Below, in pieces: positions 16,635 through 25,284 of a DNA stretch of 37,498 nucleotides. Numbering within the stretch: the stretch's first letter is position 1; the number at the start of each line of letters is the position of its first letter. Below the pieces are notes generated by a model. That model saw nothing but the letters and a program-made list of their open reading frames with translations, was not told where the DNA came from and ran no database searches. A program made the position numbers and the translations under genes. Origin of the DNA: Patescibacteria group bacterium (GTDB taxonomy: Bacteria; Patescibacteriota; Minisyncoccia; Phycocordibacterales; JBBUBG01); assembly GCA_040384765.1 (NCBI GenBank), contig JAZKIQ010000001.1, positions 122,627 through 160,124 of the forward strand, written 5' to 3'.

Positions 16635-18383
16635 ATGCAACCAAACGAAAAACTCTCAGCAACTCGACACTCTCTTGCTCACCTCTTGGCAGCAGCGGTC
16701 CTCGACCTCTGGCCAGAAGCAAAAAATACTATCGGCCCTGCCATCGAAACCGGCTTCTACTACGACTTTGAGTTTCCTTTTCCAATCTCAGAAAAAGATT
16801 TCGCGCGAATTGAAAACAAAATGCGCGAGATCCTCAAAACATGGGATCATTTTTCACACAAAGAGGTCACTCCCGAAGAGGCGCGGGTACAGTTTCGCGC
16901 AAACCCATACAAGCTTGAGCTCATAGATGAAATCGTAGCAAAAGGCGAACAGATCACCCTCTACACCTCCGGCACCTTTACCGACCTCTGTCGTGGAGGC
17001 CATGTGGAGTCTGCTGACGAAATTCGTGCCGCGGGATGGGAACTTTCAAAACTTGCTGGGGCCTACTGGCGTGGAGACGAAAAAAATACGCAACTTACGC
17101 GCATCTATGGACTTGCATTTGCATCCAAGGATGACCTAGCGGCCTATAAAGCAATGATGGTTGAGGCGGAGAAGCGAGATCATCGCAAACTCGGCAAAGA
17201 ACTCGATCTTTTTACCTTCGATGATGAAGTTGGGGCAGGTCTCCCCTTGTGGATGCCCAATGGTGCTGTCCTTGTTGAGCAGCTCGAAAAACTGGCAATG
17301 GACGCTGAGTTTAAGATGGGATATAGCCGTGTTCGTACTCCGCATATTGCAAAAGAGACCTTATATAAAACAAGTGGTCACCTTCCTTACTACGAAGACA
17401 GCATGTATCCTCCCATGGAGTACGAAGGGGGCAAATACTATCTGAAAGCGATGAACTGTCCGCATCATCACAAAATATTTGCTGCGCGACCTCATAGCTA
17501 CAAAGAACTTCCTATTCGATACGCAGAATATGGGACGGTCTACCGACAAGAAAAGTCAGGAGAGCTTTTTGGCCTCATGCGTGTTCGGATGCTCACTCAG
17601 AATGATGCGCATATTTACTGTACGGAAGCACAGTTTGCTGATGAATTTAAAAAAGTAAACGATCTCTACCTCCAGTATTTTAAGATTTTCGGTATCGATA
17701 AATACGTGATGCGCTTTTCAACGCACAGCAAAGAAGGGCTCGGAAAGAAATATGTCAACGAACCGGAATTGTGGCTCAAAACAGAAAAAATGGTACGTGA
17801 TGTGCTGATTGAGTCAAAGATCAACTATGTAGAAGTTGAAAACGAGGCGGCATTTTACGGTCCAAAGATCGACGTGCAGGTCTGGAGCGCGATAGGACGA
17901 GAGTTTACGCTCGCCACAAACCAGGTCGACTTTGCGGTTCCAAAACGATTCGATCTTACCTATACAACAGCAGAAGGTACCAAAGAAACACCGCTCTGTA
18001 TCCATCGTGCACCCCTTGGCACTCATGAGCGTTTTATAGGGTTCCTTATTGAGCACTACGCGGGCAATTTTCCGACATGGCTTGCCCCAACTCAGGTAGC
18101 AATCGTACCTATTCGCGCAGAGCATACTGCCTTTGCCCAGGAGGTAAACGAAAGCCTCCGCAATGAAATGTTCCGTACAAAATTCTACTCAGAAGACGAC
18201 GGGCTTGGTAAGAAAATCCGAGCAGCAAAGACAGCGCGAACGCCGTACACGCTCGTAATCGGAGACGAGGAGCTTGCTTCAAGAACGGTCACCGTTGAAT
18301 CTCGCGACAAGGGCAAGATCGGCCAGATGCAGATCGCGGAGTTCCTGCAGCATATCGAAGAGGAGACGAAACTAAAGAGATAG
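16635..18383 (+). CDS. thrS: Threonine--tRNA ligase (no N-terminal TGS domain)
   Basis: RHSLAHLL, DLCRGGH, RDHRKLG, KAMNCPHH, IHRAPLGTHERF; start ATG 16635 with TACTAT 7 nt upstream. Confidence 0.97.
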   Translation: MQPNEKLSATRHSLAHLLAAAVLDLWPEAKNTIGPAIETGFYYDFEFPFPISEKDFARIENKMREILKTWDHFSHKEVTPEEARVQFRANPYKLELIDEIVAKGEQITLYTSGTFTDLCRGGHVESADEIRAAGWELSKLAGAYWRGDEKNTQLTRIYGLAFASKDDLAAYKAMMVEAEKRDHRKLGKELDLFTFDDEVGAGLPLWMPNGAVLVEQLEKLAMDAEFKMGYSRVRTPHIAKETLYKTSGHLPYYEDSMYPPMEYEGGKYYLKAMNCPHHHKIFAARPHSYKELPIRYAEYGTVYRQEKSGELFGLMRVRMLTQNDAHIYCTEAQFADEFKKVNDLYLQYFKIFGIDKYVMRFSTHSKEGLGKKYVNEPELWLKTEKMVRDVLIESKINYVEVENEAAFYGPKIDVQVWSAIGREFTLATNQVDFAVPKRFDLTYTTAEGTKETPLCIHRAPLGTHERFIGFLIEHYAGNFPTWLAPTQVAIVPIRAEHTAFAQEVNESLRNEMFRTKFYSEDDGLGKKIRAAKTARTPYTLVIGDEELASRTVTVESRDKGKIGQMQIAEFLQHIEEETKLKR

Positions 18384-18458
18384 CTTTCCTAGACAATAAA
18401 TAGCGCTCTTGCTTAAATCAGCAAGGCGCCATTTTCGTACCAACAAAAGGAGGCTAGA

Positions 18459-18860
18459 ATGCGACTGATTGTGACGATTACCCTCGAACTGCCCTGTGAC
18501 AAGAACGCACCCATACTGACCGACCGAAAACTGCTTGAGAAAGCAGTGCGGGATCAGGTAAGAGGGGGTGCGGGTTCAATCAGGACCACCTTACTGCCAT
18601 CCTGGGGAGGAGAGGAACCTCCAGATCAATATGAAGGCAAGGCGGTACTAAAGTGCATCCAGCTGAGGAGCACCGCGCTGGGTATGCACAAGCAGGGGCG
18701 CGGCTTCATAATTCCGACAGGAACGTCCCTTGAATGTGGCGGCAAGGACTGCGACGTCGAGCACCGTAAGAACTTGCCTGAGGGCACACTCCTCTGGGGA
18801 CCAAGCGGCTTTCAACCGCCGAGAGAAGAGGACTGGGAAGGCTGGCTGCCAAGTAAGTAG
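18459..18860 (+). CDS. Hypothetical orphan protein
   Basis: 133 aa ORF, SD AAGGAGG, CxxxxCxxxH cluster, terminator at 18880-18913. Confidence 0.7.
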   Translation: MRLIVTITLELPCDKNAPILTDRKLLEKAVRDQVRGGAGSIRTTLLPSWGGEEPPDQYEGKAVLKCIQLRSTALGMHKQGRGFIIPTGTSLECGGKDCDVEHRKNLPEGTLLWGPSGFQPPREEDWEGWLPSK

Positions 18861-18879
18861 CATGAAAAGAACCTCGTCC

Positions 18880-18960
18880 GAAGGCGCTCACCGATCGAGC
18901 GCCTTTCTATTTTCAAGTGCGCTGAAAAGAGAACCCCCGGAAGCTGTCTTCCGGGGGTTT
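18880..18960. terminator. Two terminators for the convergent genes
   Basis: AAGGCGCTC/GAGCGCCTT+T-rich tail (plus) and AACCCCCGGAAG/CTTCCGGGGGTT with A-tract (minus). Confidence 0.75.
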
Positions 18961-18968
18961 GCTGCCGA

Positions 18969-19307
18969 TCAGCGAGCGATAGGGACGCTCTTCGCATCTA
19001 CCTGATAGCCTGCCTTTCGCGAAGCGTTTATGATAGCCGAGGCGGTTGCCTCTTCATCGTTCGTATACACAAAGATCTCCTGGTGTGCATTGTCCCCTCG
19101 CACGGAAATGCGCAGCACTCCTGGAGAGGTCCTGGTGATCTTCACCTTTTTGCGACCGCCAGACGATCCGCTCTGAGCACTGATCAGGCCAAGAATGACC
19201 TTTTTGACTTCAGGCTGCTTGTTGGCTGCATCTGCCGGAATCTCCGCAGACTGGATGAGTGTCGAATGCGAGCCGGAGAACTTACCGCCCGCTCTGTGCT
19301 TTGGCAA
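18969..19307 (-). CDS. DUF2103-like protein
   Basis: KHRAGGKFSGSHSTLI...VRGDNAHQEIFVYT; TTG start after SD GGGAGGTG. Confidence 0.75.
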   Translation of the reverse strand: MPKHRAGGKFSGSHSTLIQSAEIPADAANKQPEVKKVILGLISAQSGSSGGRKKVKITRTSPGVLRISVRGDNAHQEIFVYTNDEEATASAIINASRKAGYQVDAKSVPIAR

Positions 19308-19326
19308 TGTATTCACCTCCCAATGC

Positions 19327-19355
19327 ACAATAAAACAAAATCTACTCTATGTCAA
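19327..19355 (-). promoter_or_regulatory. sigma70 promoter TTGACA-N17-TATTGT
   Basis: Direct match upstream of the SD and TTG start. Confidence 0.7.
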
Positions 19356-19371
19356 CTATCCCTCGATAAGC

Positions 19372-20229
19372 CTAGTACTCATCTTTGTGTATTTCATACT
19401 CCCATAGCTTTGCGTCAAAGGGTGCGCGGTCCTCGGCTGGAAGACGAACCTTTTTTAAGAGCATATGCATCCAGTCGAGATGAACTTCGCTAAAAATATA
19501 GAGACCATCTGAGTCTTCTACCAGATCTCCGATAAGGGCATAGTGCGCCTTCTGAAGCTCACGCAAAATTTCCGCAGCCACAAATGGAGGCGTTACGGGT
19601 ACGCGCAGGGCAATAAGTCGGATAAGCTCACAAAAACCAGCGATCATCTCCCCTGCACAAAAAGCGCGATCGTATGCTGGATGTCCTGCCCAGCGTGTAA
19701 TCTCCTTCACGGCCTTTTTCACATCGGCGATCACAAGCGGCAGCTTCGCCTCTCGGGCGAAGCGGGGCGAGAGCGGGAGGCGCGCATGAGCCTTTGACCA
19801 CACGCCCGACTCAGAAGCCATGAGGCGAAGCACCTCGAGGTCGGCATGGAGCGGATCGGTATAGGCGTCATCGATATCCTTGTATGAAATAAAAGGAGGG
19901 GTGATTGTCTTCGAGTCGATCTCGTCGCGAGTCGGTGGTGCGATATCACGCGAGGCGTCCCATACGATCGCCAGCGCTGCGAGATGCTTGCAGGCTACCG
20001 TACGAGAGGCCAGCTTGTTGTAAGGGCAGGTACAGCGACGTGCAAGCCCGGCCCCAGAAAATGCGAGAGCTACAAAGTAGTCTTGAGTACCTGAAACCAT
20101 CCCCCTCACCTCATGTTTGTCGGATTTGGTAATCTTCACCCGCCCCTTCGCTGCATATGCAGCTCCGCGGTACCATACATCCTCGTATGTTTTAGAAAGA
20201 AGAAGCGCTGCGGCAGATTTTAATCTCAT
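19372..20229 (-). CDS. SWIM zinc-finger protein
   Basis: RGAAYA...VSGTQDY...CTCP...CKHLAA; TATAAT 7 nt before ATG. Confidence 0.85.
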   Translation of the reverse strand: MRLKSAAALLLSKTYEDVWYRGAAYAAKGRVKITKSDKHEVRGMVSGTQDYFVALAFSGAGLARRCTCPYNKLASRTVACKHLAALAIVWDASRDIAPPTRDEIDSKTITPPFISYKDIDDAYTDPLHADLEVLRLMASESGVWSKAHARLPLSPRFAREAKLPLVIADVKKAVKEITRWAGHPAYDRAFCAGEMIAGFCELIRLIALRVPVTPPFVAAEILRELQKAHYALIGDLVEDSDGLYIFSEVHLDWMHMLLKKVRLPAEDRAPFDAKLWEYEIHKDEY

Positions 20230-20280
20230 GTCAGAGATTATACGCGGGCTACACGTTCTGAAAAGAGTTGCCTAGATATC

Positions 20281-20907
20281 CTAAATACGGGGTCTTGCGC
20301 GGCGTTCATGCGCCTTTCGTTCATCCTTTTTAACAGTAATAAACAAAATCTTAGAAAGAATCTGGGTGATGATGATAAATGCGAGAATTCCGATCAGAAG
20401 CCCTACTTCAGCGTACTTTATGTAGCGTGCAGCATTTTCGAGCGACTCAGAAAGAGCATACCCCGCACCTCCAATAACAAAAAGCCATGTGACGACAGCA
20501 AGAATATCGGCCTCTAGAAATTTTGTAACTCCCATACCACTGACTCCAGCACGAGCAAGAGTGGTTCGGTTTAATCCATAGATAAACTTGGAGACAATGA
20601 AGGTGTGAATCGGACGTATGGCAAGCTGGTCATCGATAAGACGCGTGACGCGCTCGAGAAATGCTCGAGCGCGAGAAAATCGAGGATGATTGTGCAAAAA
20701 CGCACCGAAGCGATACCAGAAAAAGTCGCTCGCAAATATCCCTACTACAAGCACAAGGCCAATGTTTTGGTACGAAAAGTAACCGATATTTGCAAGGTAG
20801 AGTGCTGTAAACAGCACGAGCTCACCTTCGATCGCCATACCCAAAAAAACAAGTAGGTACCCGAGCGCTACCGAATGAGGCAAATAAGCAAGCAGGAGAG
20901 ATTCCAT
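20281..20907 (-). CDS. DedA family membrane protein
   Basis: EGELVL, SDFFWYRFG, SKFIYGL, AGVSGM; TATACT 8 nt before ATG. Confidence 0.88.
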   Translation of the reverse strand: MESLLLAYLPHSVALGYLLVFLGMAIEGELVLFTALYLANIGYFSYQNIGLVLVVGIFASDFFWYRFGAFLHNHPRFSRARAFLERVTRLIDDQLAIRPIHTFIVSKFIYGLNRTTLARAGVSGMGVTKFLEADILAVVTWLFVIGGAGYALSESLENAARYIKYAEVGLLIGILAFIIITQILSKILFITVKKDERKAHERRARPRI

Positions 20908-20930
20908 GCCCCTTTAGTATACCGCTGCTA

Positions 20931-20965
20931 GAGCCTCTCTCCAATATGCGAGATTAGAGAGGCTC
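20931..20965. terminator. Hairpin after uppP
   Basis: GAGCCTCTCT / AGAGAGGCTC inverted repeat. Confidence 0.55.
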
Positions 20966-21736
20966 CTACAAAAAGGCTACAAAGAAAACGATCGCCACCA
21001 AAATACGATACACCCCATACACCTCGAAGGTGCTCTGCTTAATATGGGAAAGCAAAAAGCGAACAGAGGCGAGCGCGACCACAAACGATACTAAAAAGCC
21101 GACAACAAGGAGCTCAAGCTGCTCGACCCGAAAAAGATGTGCCGAGTGAAAAAGCTCAAAGCCGGTGGCGGCAAGCATGGTAGGGACGGCGAGCAAAAAC
21201 GAAAACTCAACCACAGCCGCTCGCGGGAGGCCAAGAAGCATACCTCCTACTGCCGTCGCGGCCGAGCGCGATACACCAGGGATAAGCGCTACCGCTTGCG
21301 CAGCACCCAGGAGAGCAGCCTCCCTATGCGAAAGCTCCTCCATGGCAGCCTTTGTCACATGATGAGGCTTGTGCCATTTTTCAAAGGCAATGAGGATAAC
21401 TCCACCAATAAAAAGCGCTGCCACCACCACATATTCGTTGCCGAGCACGTACTCTCTGAGAAGCGGATACGCCAGGAGGCCGATAACGCCCGTCGGCCCA
21501 AAAGCTGCCGCAACACGACTCATCACATGAAATTTGGAAAAGAGCGTTTTGCGATAGAGAAAAATAACCGCCGAAATAGCTCCCAGCTGAATGATGATCT
21601 CAAAGGTTTTAAGAAACTCCGTTTGAGCGAGGCCAAGGAGCTTGGACACCAAGATGAGGTGGCCTGTTGAAGAGACAGGAAGAAACTCGGTAATACCCTC
21701 CACCACGCCAAGGATAAGCGCATCGATAAATGTCAT
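20966..21736 (-). CDS. uppP: Undecaprenyl-diphosphate phosphatase (BacA)
   Basis: VEGITEFLPVSSTGH, PGVSRS, EFSFLLAVP; TGgTAGTAT 6 nt before ATG. Confidence 0.97.
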   Translation of the reverse strand: MTFIDALILGVVEGITEFLPVSSTGHLILVSKLLGLAQTEFLKTFEIIIQLGAISAVIFLYRKTLFSKFHVMSRVAAAFGPTGVIGLLAYPLLREYVLGNEYVVVAALFIGGVILIAFEKWHKPHHVTKAAMEELSHREAALLGAAQAVALIPGVSRSAATAVGGMLLGLPRAAVVEFSFLLAVPTMLAATGFELFHSAHLFRVEQLELLVVGFLVSFVVALASVRFLLSHIKQSTFEVYGVYRILVAIVFFVAFL

Positions 21737-21818
21737 ATGCTCATACTACCATTCAGGCCCCTGGTGATCGAAAGCTCGTCGCGAGAAACGAGAACGCACT
21801 CTCAGCGTCTGTAGAGAT

Positions 21819-22136
21819 ATGACAACTGATTCACGAAATAAAATAGCAGCGGGTGTAGGTCTTGGGCTTCTCACCCTTGGGGCAGTGGGTGGGTATTATC
21901 TGTATGCAGCCGAAGGAGCAACAAAACGGCGACGAAAGCTTCGTGCCTGGATCGCGGAGACACAAGAAGATCTTGCGGACGGCCTTGAAAAGGCGAACGA
22001 GCTTACCAAAAGCACCTACAAAGGCGCGAGAGAGAAAGCGGTAGAAGCGTACGAGGGTATCCAGGAGTTTGAGCTCAAAGACCTTGTCGTGATCGCGGCA
22101 CTTGCGAAAGGTCTTTGGAACAAAATCCGCTCCTAA
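21819..22136 (+). CDS. Small membrane-anchored protein (YtxH-like architecture)
   Basis: Gly/Ala-rich TM, GYYLY, then a charged helical region. Confidence 0.7.
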   Translation: MTTDSRNKIAAGVGLGLLTLGAVGGYYLYAAEGATKRRRKLRAWIAETQEDLADGLEKANELTKSTYKGAREKAVEAYEGIQEFELKDLVVIAALAKGLWNKIRS

Positions 22137-22543
22137 GCGATAGTGCTCGGCACGGGGACGTGCCGAATCGTCTGGAGCTCCTTGCGACGTGCTTTCCAGT
22201 CAGGAATAGCGTGTTCGACGAGTGCCCAAAAACCACTTCCGTGGTTAAACTCCCCCAGATGTGCAAGCTCGTGCACTACCACATAATCAAACAGCTCCTC
22301 TCGAATGAAGATGAGCCTGTAGTTGAAGTTGAGGTTGCCTTTTAGGGAGCAGCTTCCCCATCTGCTACGAGAATTGCGTATCGCGATACGGCCAACCGAA
22401 AACCCATACAGGCTATTCCAGATTGCCACTTTTTCCTCTACTTTTTTTCGTGCAGCCTCCTTGTGGAGGAGGTACAACTTTTGCGAACTGGCGTTCGTCC
22501 TCCGCTTTACTCTTTTTTTAAAAAATCTGATACGAAATCTCAT
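22133..22543 (-). CDS. YgjP/DUF45-like M48-type metallopeptidase
   Basis: SRWGSCS, DYVVVHELAHL, NHGSGFW. Confidence 0.9.
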   Translation of the reverse strand: MRFRIRFFKKRVKRRTNASSQKLYLLHKEAARKKVEEKVAIWNSLYGFSVGRIAIRNSRSRWGSCSLKGNLNFNYRLIFIREELFDYVVVHELAHLGEFNHGSGFWALVEHAIPDWKARRKELQTIRHVPVPSTIA

Positions 22544-22713
22544 GGACGGCCATACTTTTCAAAAGCGGCCTGCAATACGAAAGAGATCGGGAGCAGATAT
22601 ACGAGAACAATGATCCCTATCAGTACAACTCCCCGCTCGCCATCGCCCCAAATAAGGCCAGCTGAGCCGACAACGAAGGAAATTGCACTAAATGTTTTGA
22701 GTTCGTCTGACAT
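22540..22713 (-). CDS. Small membrane protein (57 aa, below ORF-track cutoff)
   Basis: MSDELKTFSAISFVVGSAGLIWGDGERGVVLIGIIVLVYLLPISFVLQAAFEKYGRP; stop overlaps the next ATG (ATGA). Confidence 0.6.
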   Translation of the reverse strand: MSDELKTFSAISFVVGSAGLIWGDGERGVVLIGIIVLVYLLPISFVLQAAFEKYGRP

Positions 22714-22719
22714 GAAGAT

Positions 22720-22844
22720 TAAAGAATGCTTAGGAAGCCCAGATCCGAGGCGACGAGGAAGGAAAAGCTGAGACGTACATCGGGTACGTTGAAGTTTTTC
22801 CTGACGAAGGCAACAAAGGAGGTGGGCTTCCTGGGCATTCTTTA
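22720..22844. repeat. Interrupted-hairpin element
   Basis: TAAAGAATGC..GGAAGCCCA-GATCCGAGGCGACGAGGA...ACGTAC-loop-GTACGT...GACGAAGGCAACAAAGGAGG-TGGGCTTCC..GCATTCTTTA. Confidence 0.75.
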
Positions 22845-23669
22845 AAGGACGTACATATCCTGGTTATATTCCCCCACCCCCACAAACTCAGCTTCACCAG
22901 ACAGAATAGCCTCAAATGGCCGACATGCAAAGCAGCGCTCCGCTCCACGCGGGCAGTCAAAGCTTTTTGTCTCTCGTGCGGCTTTCACGCGCCGCGCTGC
23001 ATCCAAAACCCGTTTTTCGGCATCCACAAGCGACGGCAGCTCTTTTTCGATCAGACCATCATCACGATCAAGGTACCAGTAGCTCGCTTTTGAGATAGCA
23101 CGCTTTTGTGAGTTTCGTACAAGAAGATGGTACATGGGAAGTTGGAGCGAGTCGGCATTCTCTTCATTCTTTCCCGTCTTGAAATCAATAATATGCACTG
23201 AGTCATCTTCGGGCATATATTCCAGCCAATCCACCTTACCGCAAAGAATAATATTCTCTGCAGCCGAGAGATAGTAGTGCGGAAGATCGCCCGGAATGCG
23301 CACTGTCTTATTTATAAGTGGGCCCGGGTTTGCCTCAACTCGCGCGAGCATACCGAGCGCGCGCTCTTTAGTCGCAACTTCCTCATCAAGGCTCTTGAAT
23401 CCTCCCTTTTTCCCCGCATACTTTTTCCAGTTTTTCTCGAGCCGTAGCGCAAGAGGCTCTTTCATCCGCTCCTCCGCCTTATACTCGACAAGACCTTCGA
23501 GCACTTCATGCACCGCCTGCCCCAGAGCGAGAGGCGGATTAATGACGTTTATTTTGCGCCCAGTTTTAGGATCTTTGTACACATTGTGCAGATAGTATGC
23601 ACGCGCACATTTCAAAAAATCCCCAACCGAGGAGTGAGACACCCATGTTGCTGAATATTTGTCACTCAT
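22842..23669 (-). CDS. PD-(D/E)XK nuclease, RecB/AddB/Cas4-like
   Basis: SHSS..FLKC, GQAVH, GKVD, IIDFKTG, QLPMY, C-terminal C..C..C. Confidence 0.88.
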   Translation of the reverse strand: MSDKYSATWVSHSSVGDFLKCARAYYLHNVYKDPKTGRKINVINPPLALGQAVHEVLEGLVEYKAEERMKEPLALRLEKNWKKYAGKKGGFKSLDEEVATKERALGMLARVEANPGPLINKTVRIPGDLPHYYLSAAENIILCGKVDWLEYMPEDDSVHIIDFKTGKNEENADSLQLPMYHLLVRNSQKRAISKASYWYLDRDDGLIEKELPSLVDAEKRVLDAARRVKAARETKSFDCPRGAERCFACRPFEAILSGEAEFVGVGEYNQDMYVL

Positions 23670-23670
23670 C

Positions 23671-23716
23671 CAGAGTTTAGAGATTAGAGTTCAGAGTTCA
23701 GAGCTCAGAGCTCAGA
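23671..23716. repeat. Degenerate heptamer tandem repeat (YAGAGYT)
   Basis: cagagtt tagagat tagagtt cagagtt cagagct cagagct caga. Confidence 0.8.
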
Positions 23717-23795
23717 AAAAGAATACAAGGATGCAGATGCGCGGCGCAAGTGAGGAGCGAAGCAACAAAGCAGATGCACCTTTTATTCTTTTTCT
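23714..23795. repeat. Short interrupted-hairpin element
   Basis: AGAAAAAGAATA..TGCAGATGCGCGGCG...GCAACAAAGCAGATGCA..TATTCTTTTTCT. Confidence 0.6.
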
Positions 23796-24247
23796 TGCCA
23801 GAACCAGCCAATAGTGAAGGGAACTCCGCGAATCACCTCGATCTGGATCTTACCAAGATACCTTCCGTCCGAAAGGCGGACAATCTCGTCGTACGCAAAG
23901 AAACGTAGGTACCATGGATTTTCCGGGCGGTTATAGTCGATCTTTATTACTGAGAGCGCCTCGTCTCGTGCCCCTTTGGTGACATGCATCGTAAAGGGAT
24001 ACTCAAGATTGCGAGAACCTCCGCGAGTGAACACATTGAAACCAGTTTTTTCCTCAGCCTTAAACTCCTTGCCAAGCCAGTTTCCTACAGAAAACGATGG
24101 GCTTGTGCCTTTATAGAAACCATCAGGTAGAGGATCTGCTGTACCGGTGAGAAAATCCTTCTGCAACGGATCGCGCTCTACTTTATCGCGGATAAAAAAG
24201 AGGATAAGGAGCGCCAAAACCAGAACAATAAAAAGTGTGCGTATCAT
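23783..24247 (-). CDS. Membrane-anchored hypothetical protein
   Basis: N-terminal TM, WLGKEF, IDYNRPENP, DEIV...YLGK; TATCAT 6 nt before ATG 24247. Confidence 0.8.
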   Translation of the reverse strand: MIRTLFIVLVLALLILFFIRDKVERDPLQKDFLTGTADPLPDGFYKGTSPSFSVGNWLGKEFKAEEKTGFNVFTRGGSRNLEYPFTMHVTKGARDEALSVIKIDYNRPENPWYLRFFAYDEIVRLSDGRYLGKIQIEVIRGVPFTIGWFWQEKE

Positions 24248-24275
24248 AGCCATATGATACATCAAGAGGGATTAA

Positions 24276-24304
24276 TTGACAAAATGCAAAAACCATGCTA
24301 CAAA
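24276..24304 (+). promoter_or_regulatory. sigma70 promoter TTGACA-N17-TACAAA with TG extension
   Basis: Direct match upstream of SD AGGAGG (24336-24341). Confidence 0.65.
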
Positions 24305-24350
24305 TAACCTGGCCGTCGCTTATTTTGTACACAACAGGAGGTTTGGCGTC

Positions 24351-24728
24351 GTGGATAATGTGCTGATCGAAAAAGCTCTGCTCGTCATCTGCATCGTGAT
24401 CGCTCTCGCCCTCATCGGCGCACTCGAACGGGTGCGTACGATGGCGAGCAAGCGAGCCGAACAGCAACTTGCTCACTGGAAAGCAACCCATCCGGGAGCA
24501 ACGCTCGAGTGGGACGAGCCGCAGGCCATCCTTCTCAAGCTGATCCGCGCTCGGGCCAAGGAGCTCACTCACAAAGAGATTGTGCACCGAGAAATTGCGA
24601 GCAGCGCGGGGTGGGAACTCCTGTGCAGCGAGCTCGCGATGCTTGTTCCGAGGAACAAGAACCTCATCCTTTCCGAACTTCGCGCCACGTTGCCCCCGAG
24701 CCTCTCCGGGCAACTTCCTGGCTTGTAG
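24351..24728 (+). CDS. Hypothetical orphan membrane-anchored protein
   Basis: GTG start after SD AGGAGG, N-terminal TM, own terminator. Confidence 0.75.
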   Translation: MDNVLIEKALLVICIVIALALIGALERVRTMASKRAEQQLAHWKATHPGATLEWDEPQAILLKLIRARAKELTHKEIVHREIASSAGWELLCSELAMLVPRNKNLILSELRATLPPSLSGQLPGL

Positions 24729-24737
24729 GGAAGGAAA

Positions 24738-24779
24738 ATAAGAAGGGCCTCTCCGCCGCGGAGAGGCCCTTATTCTTAT
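24738..24779. terminator. Bidirectional terminator
   Basis: AAGGGCCTCTCCG-ccg-CGGAGAGGCCCTT between convergent genes. Confidence 0.85.
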
Positions 24780-24795
24780 GTTTTGAAACCAAACT

Positions 24796-25272
24796 CTACA
24801 GCTTCTGCTCGCCTGGGCCAGGAGCCTTTGAGTCTGAATGAAATCGCATGATCACTGGGATGGCGGGATCTCCGGAAATTACCGGAAGATCATACTGCGG
24901 ATCAAACTTTTGGTCCCCATCGTCGCGGTGGAGCATCGCGTAGAGCAGCTCACCATCGCGTGTCATTCGGGAAAGCTTTACTGGTACTCCCGTTTTCATT
25001 CCCGCCGCAAGATATGCCGAAGCTCCGAGGATAGCACCCGGAACGCCCTGCGCATCCTCATGGATTACCACAAACCCTCCATGAGCGAGAGTCACTGAGT
25101 CTACTGATACCACGTCTGATGGGCGCGCATCGGACGCCACGAGATCATTTTGCTCTTGTACCGCCACCTCATCTTCAGGAACAGCGGTTTTCTGAGCGCT
25201 CCACAGAGCGAGCCCACCTACGACAAGCACCAAGCCAGCGAGCGCTGCTATCGCATATTTTTTATTTTCCAT
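24796..25272 (-). CDS. Secreted beta-sandwich protein (DUF7282-like)
   Basis: Signal/TM, VSVDSVTLAHGGFVVIH, LYAMLHRDDGD; TATACT 6 nt before ATG. Confidence 0.75.
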   Translation of the reverse strand: MENKKYAIAALAGLVLVVGGLALWSAQKTAVPEDEVAVQEQNDLVASDARPSDVVSVDSVTLAHGGFVVIHEDAQGVPGAILGASAYLAAGMKTGVPVKLSRMTRDGELLYAMLHRDDGDQKFDPQYDLPVISGDPAIPVIMRFHSDSKAPGPGEQKL

Positions 25273-25284
25273 GGCGACAGTATA

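Noticed and set aside
22720-23795. CRISPR-Cas locus around the Cas4-like nuclease
   Set aside because: No regularly spaced direct repeats with unique spacers and no other cas genes
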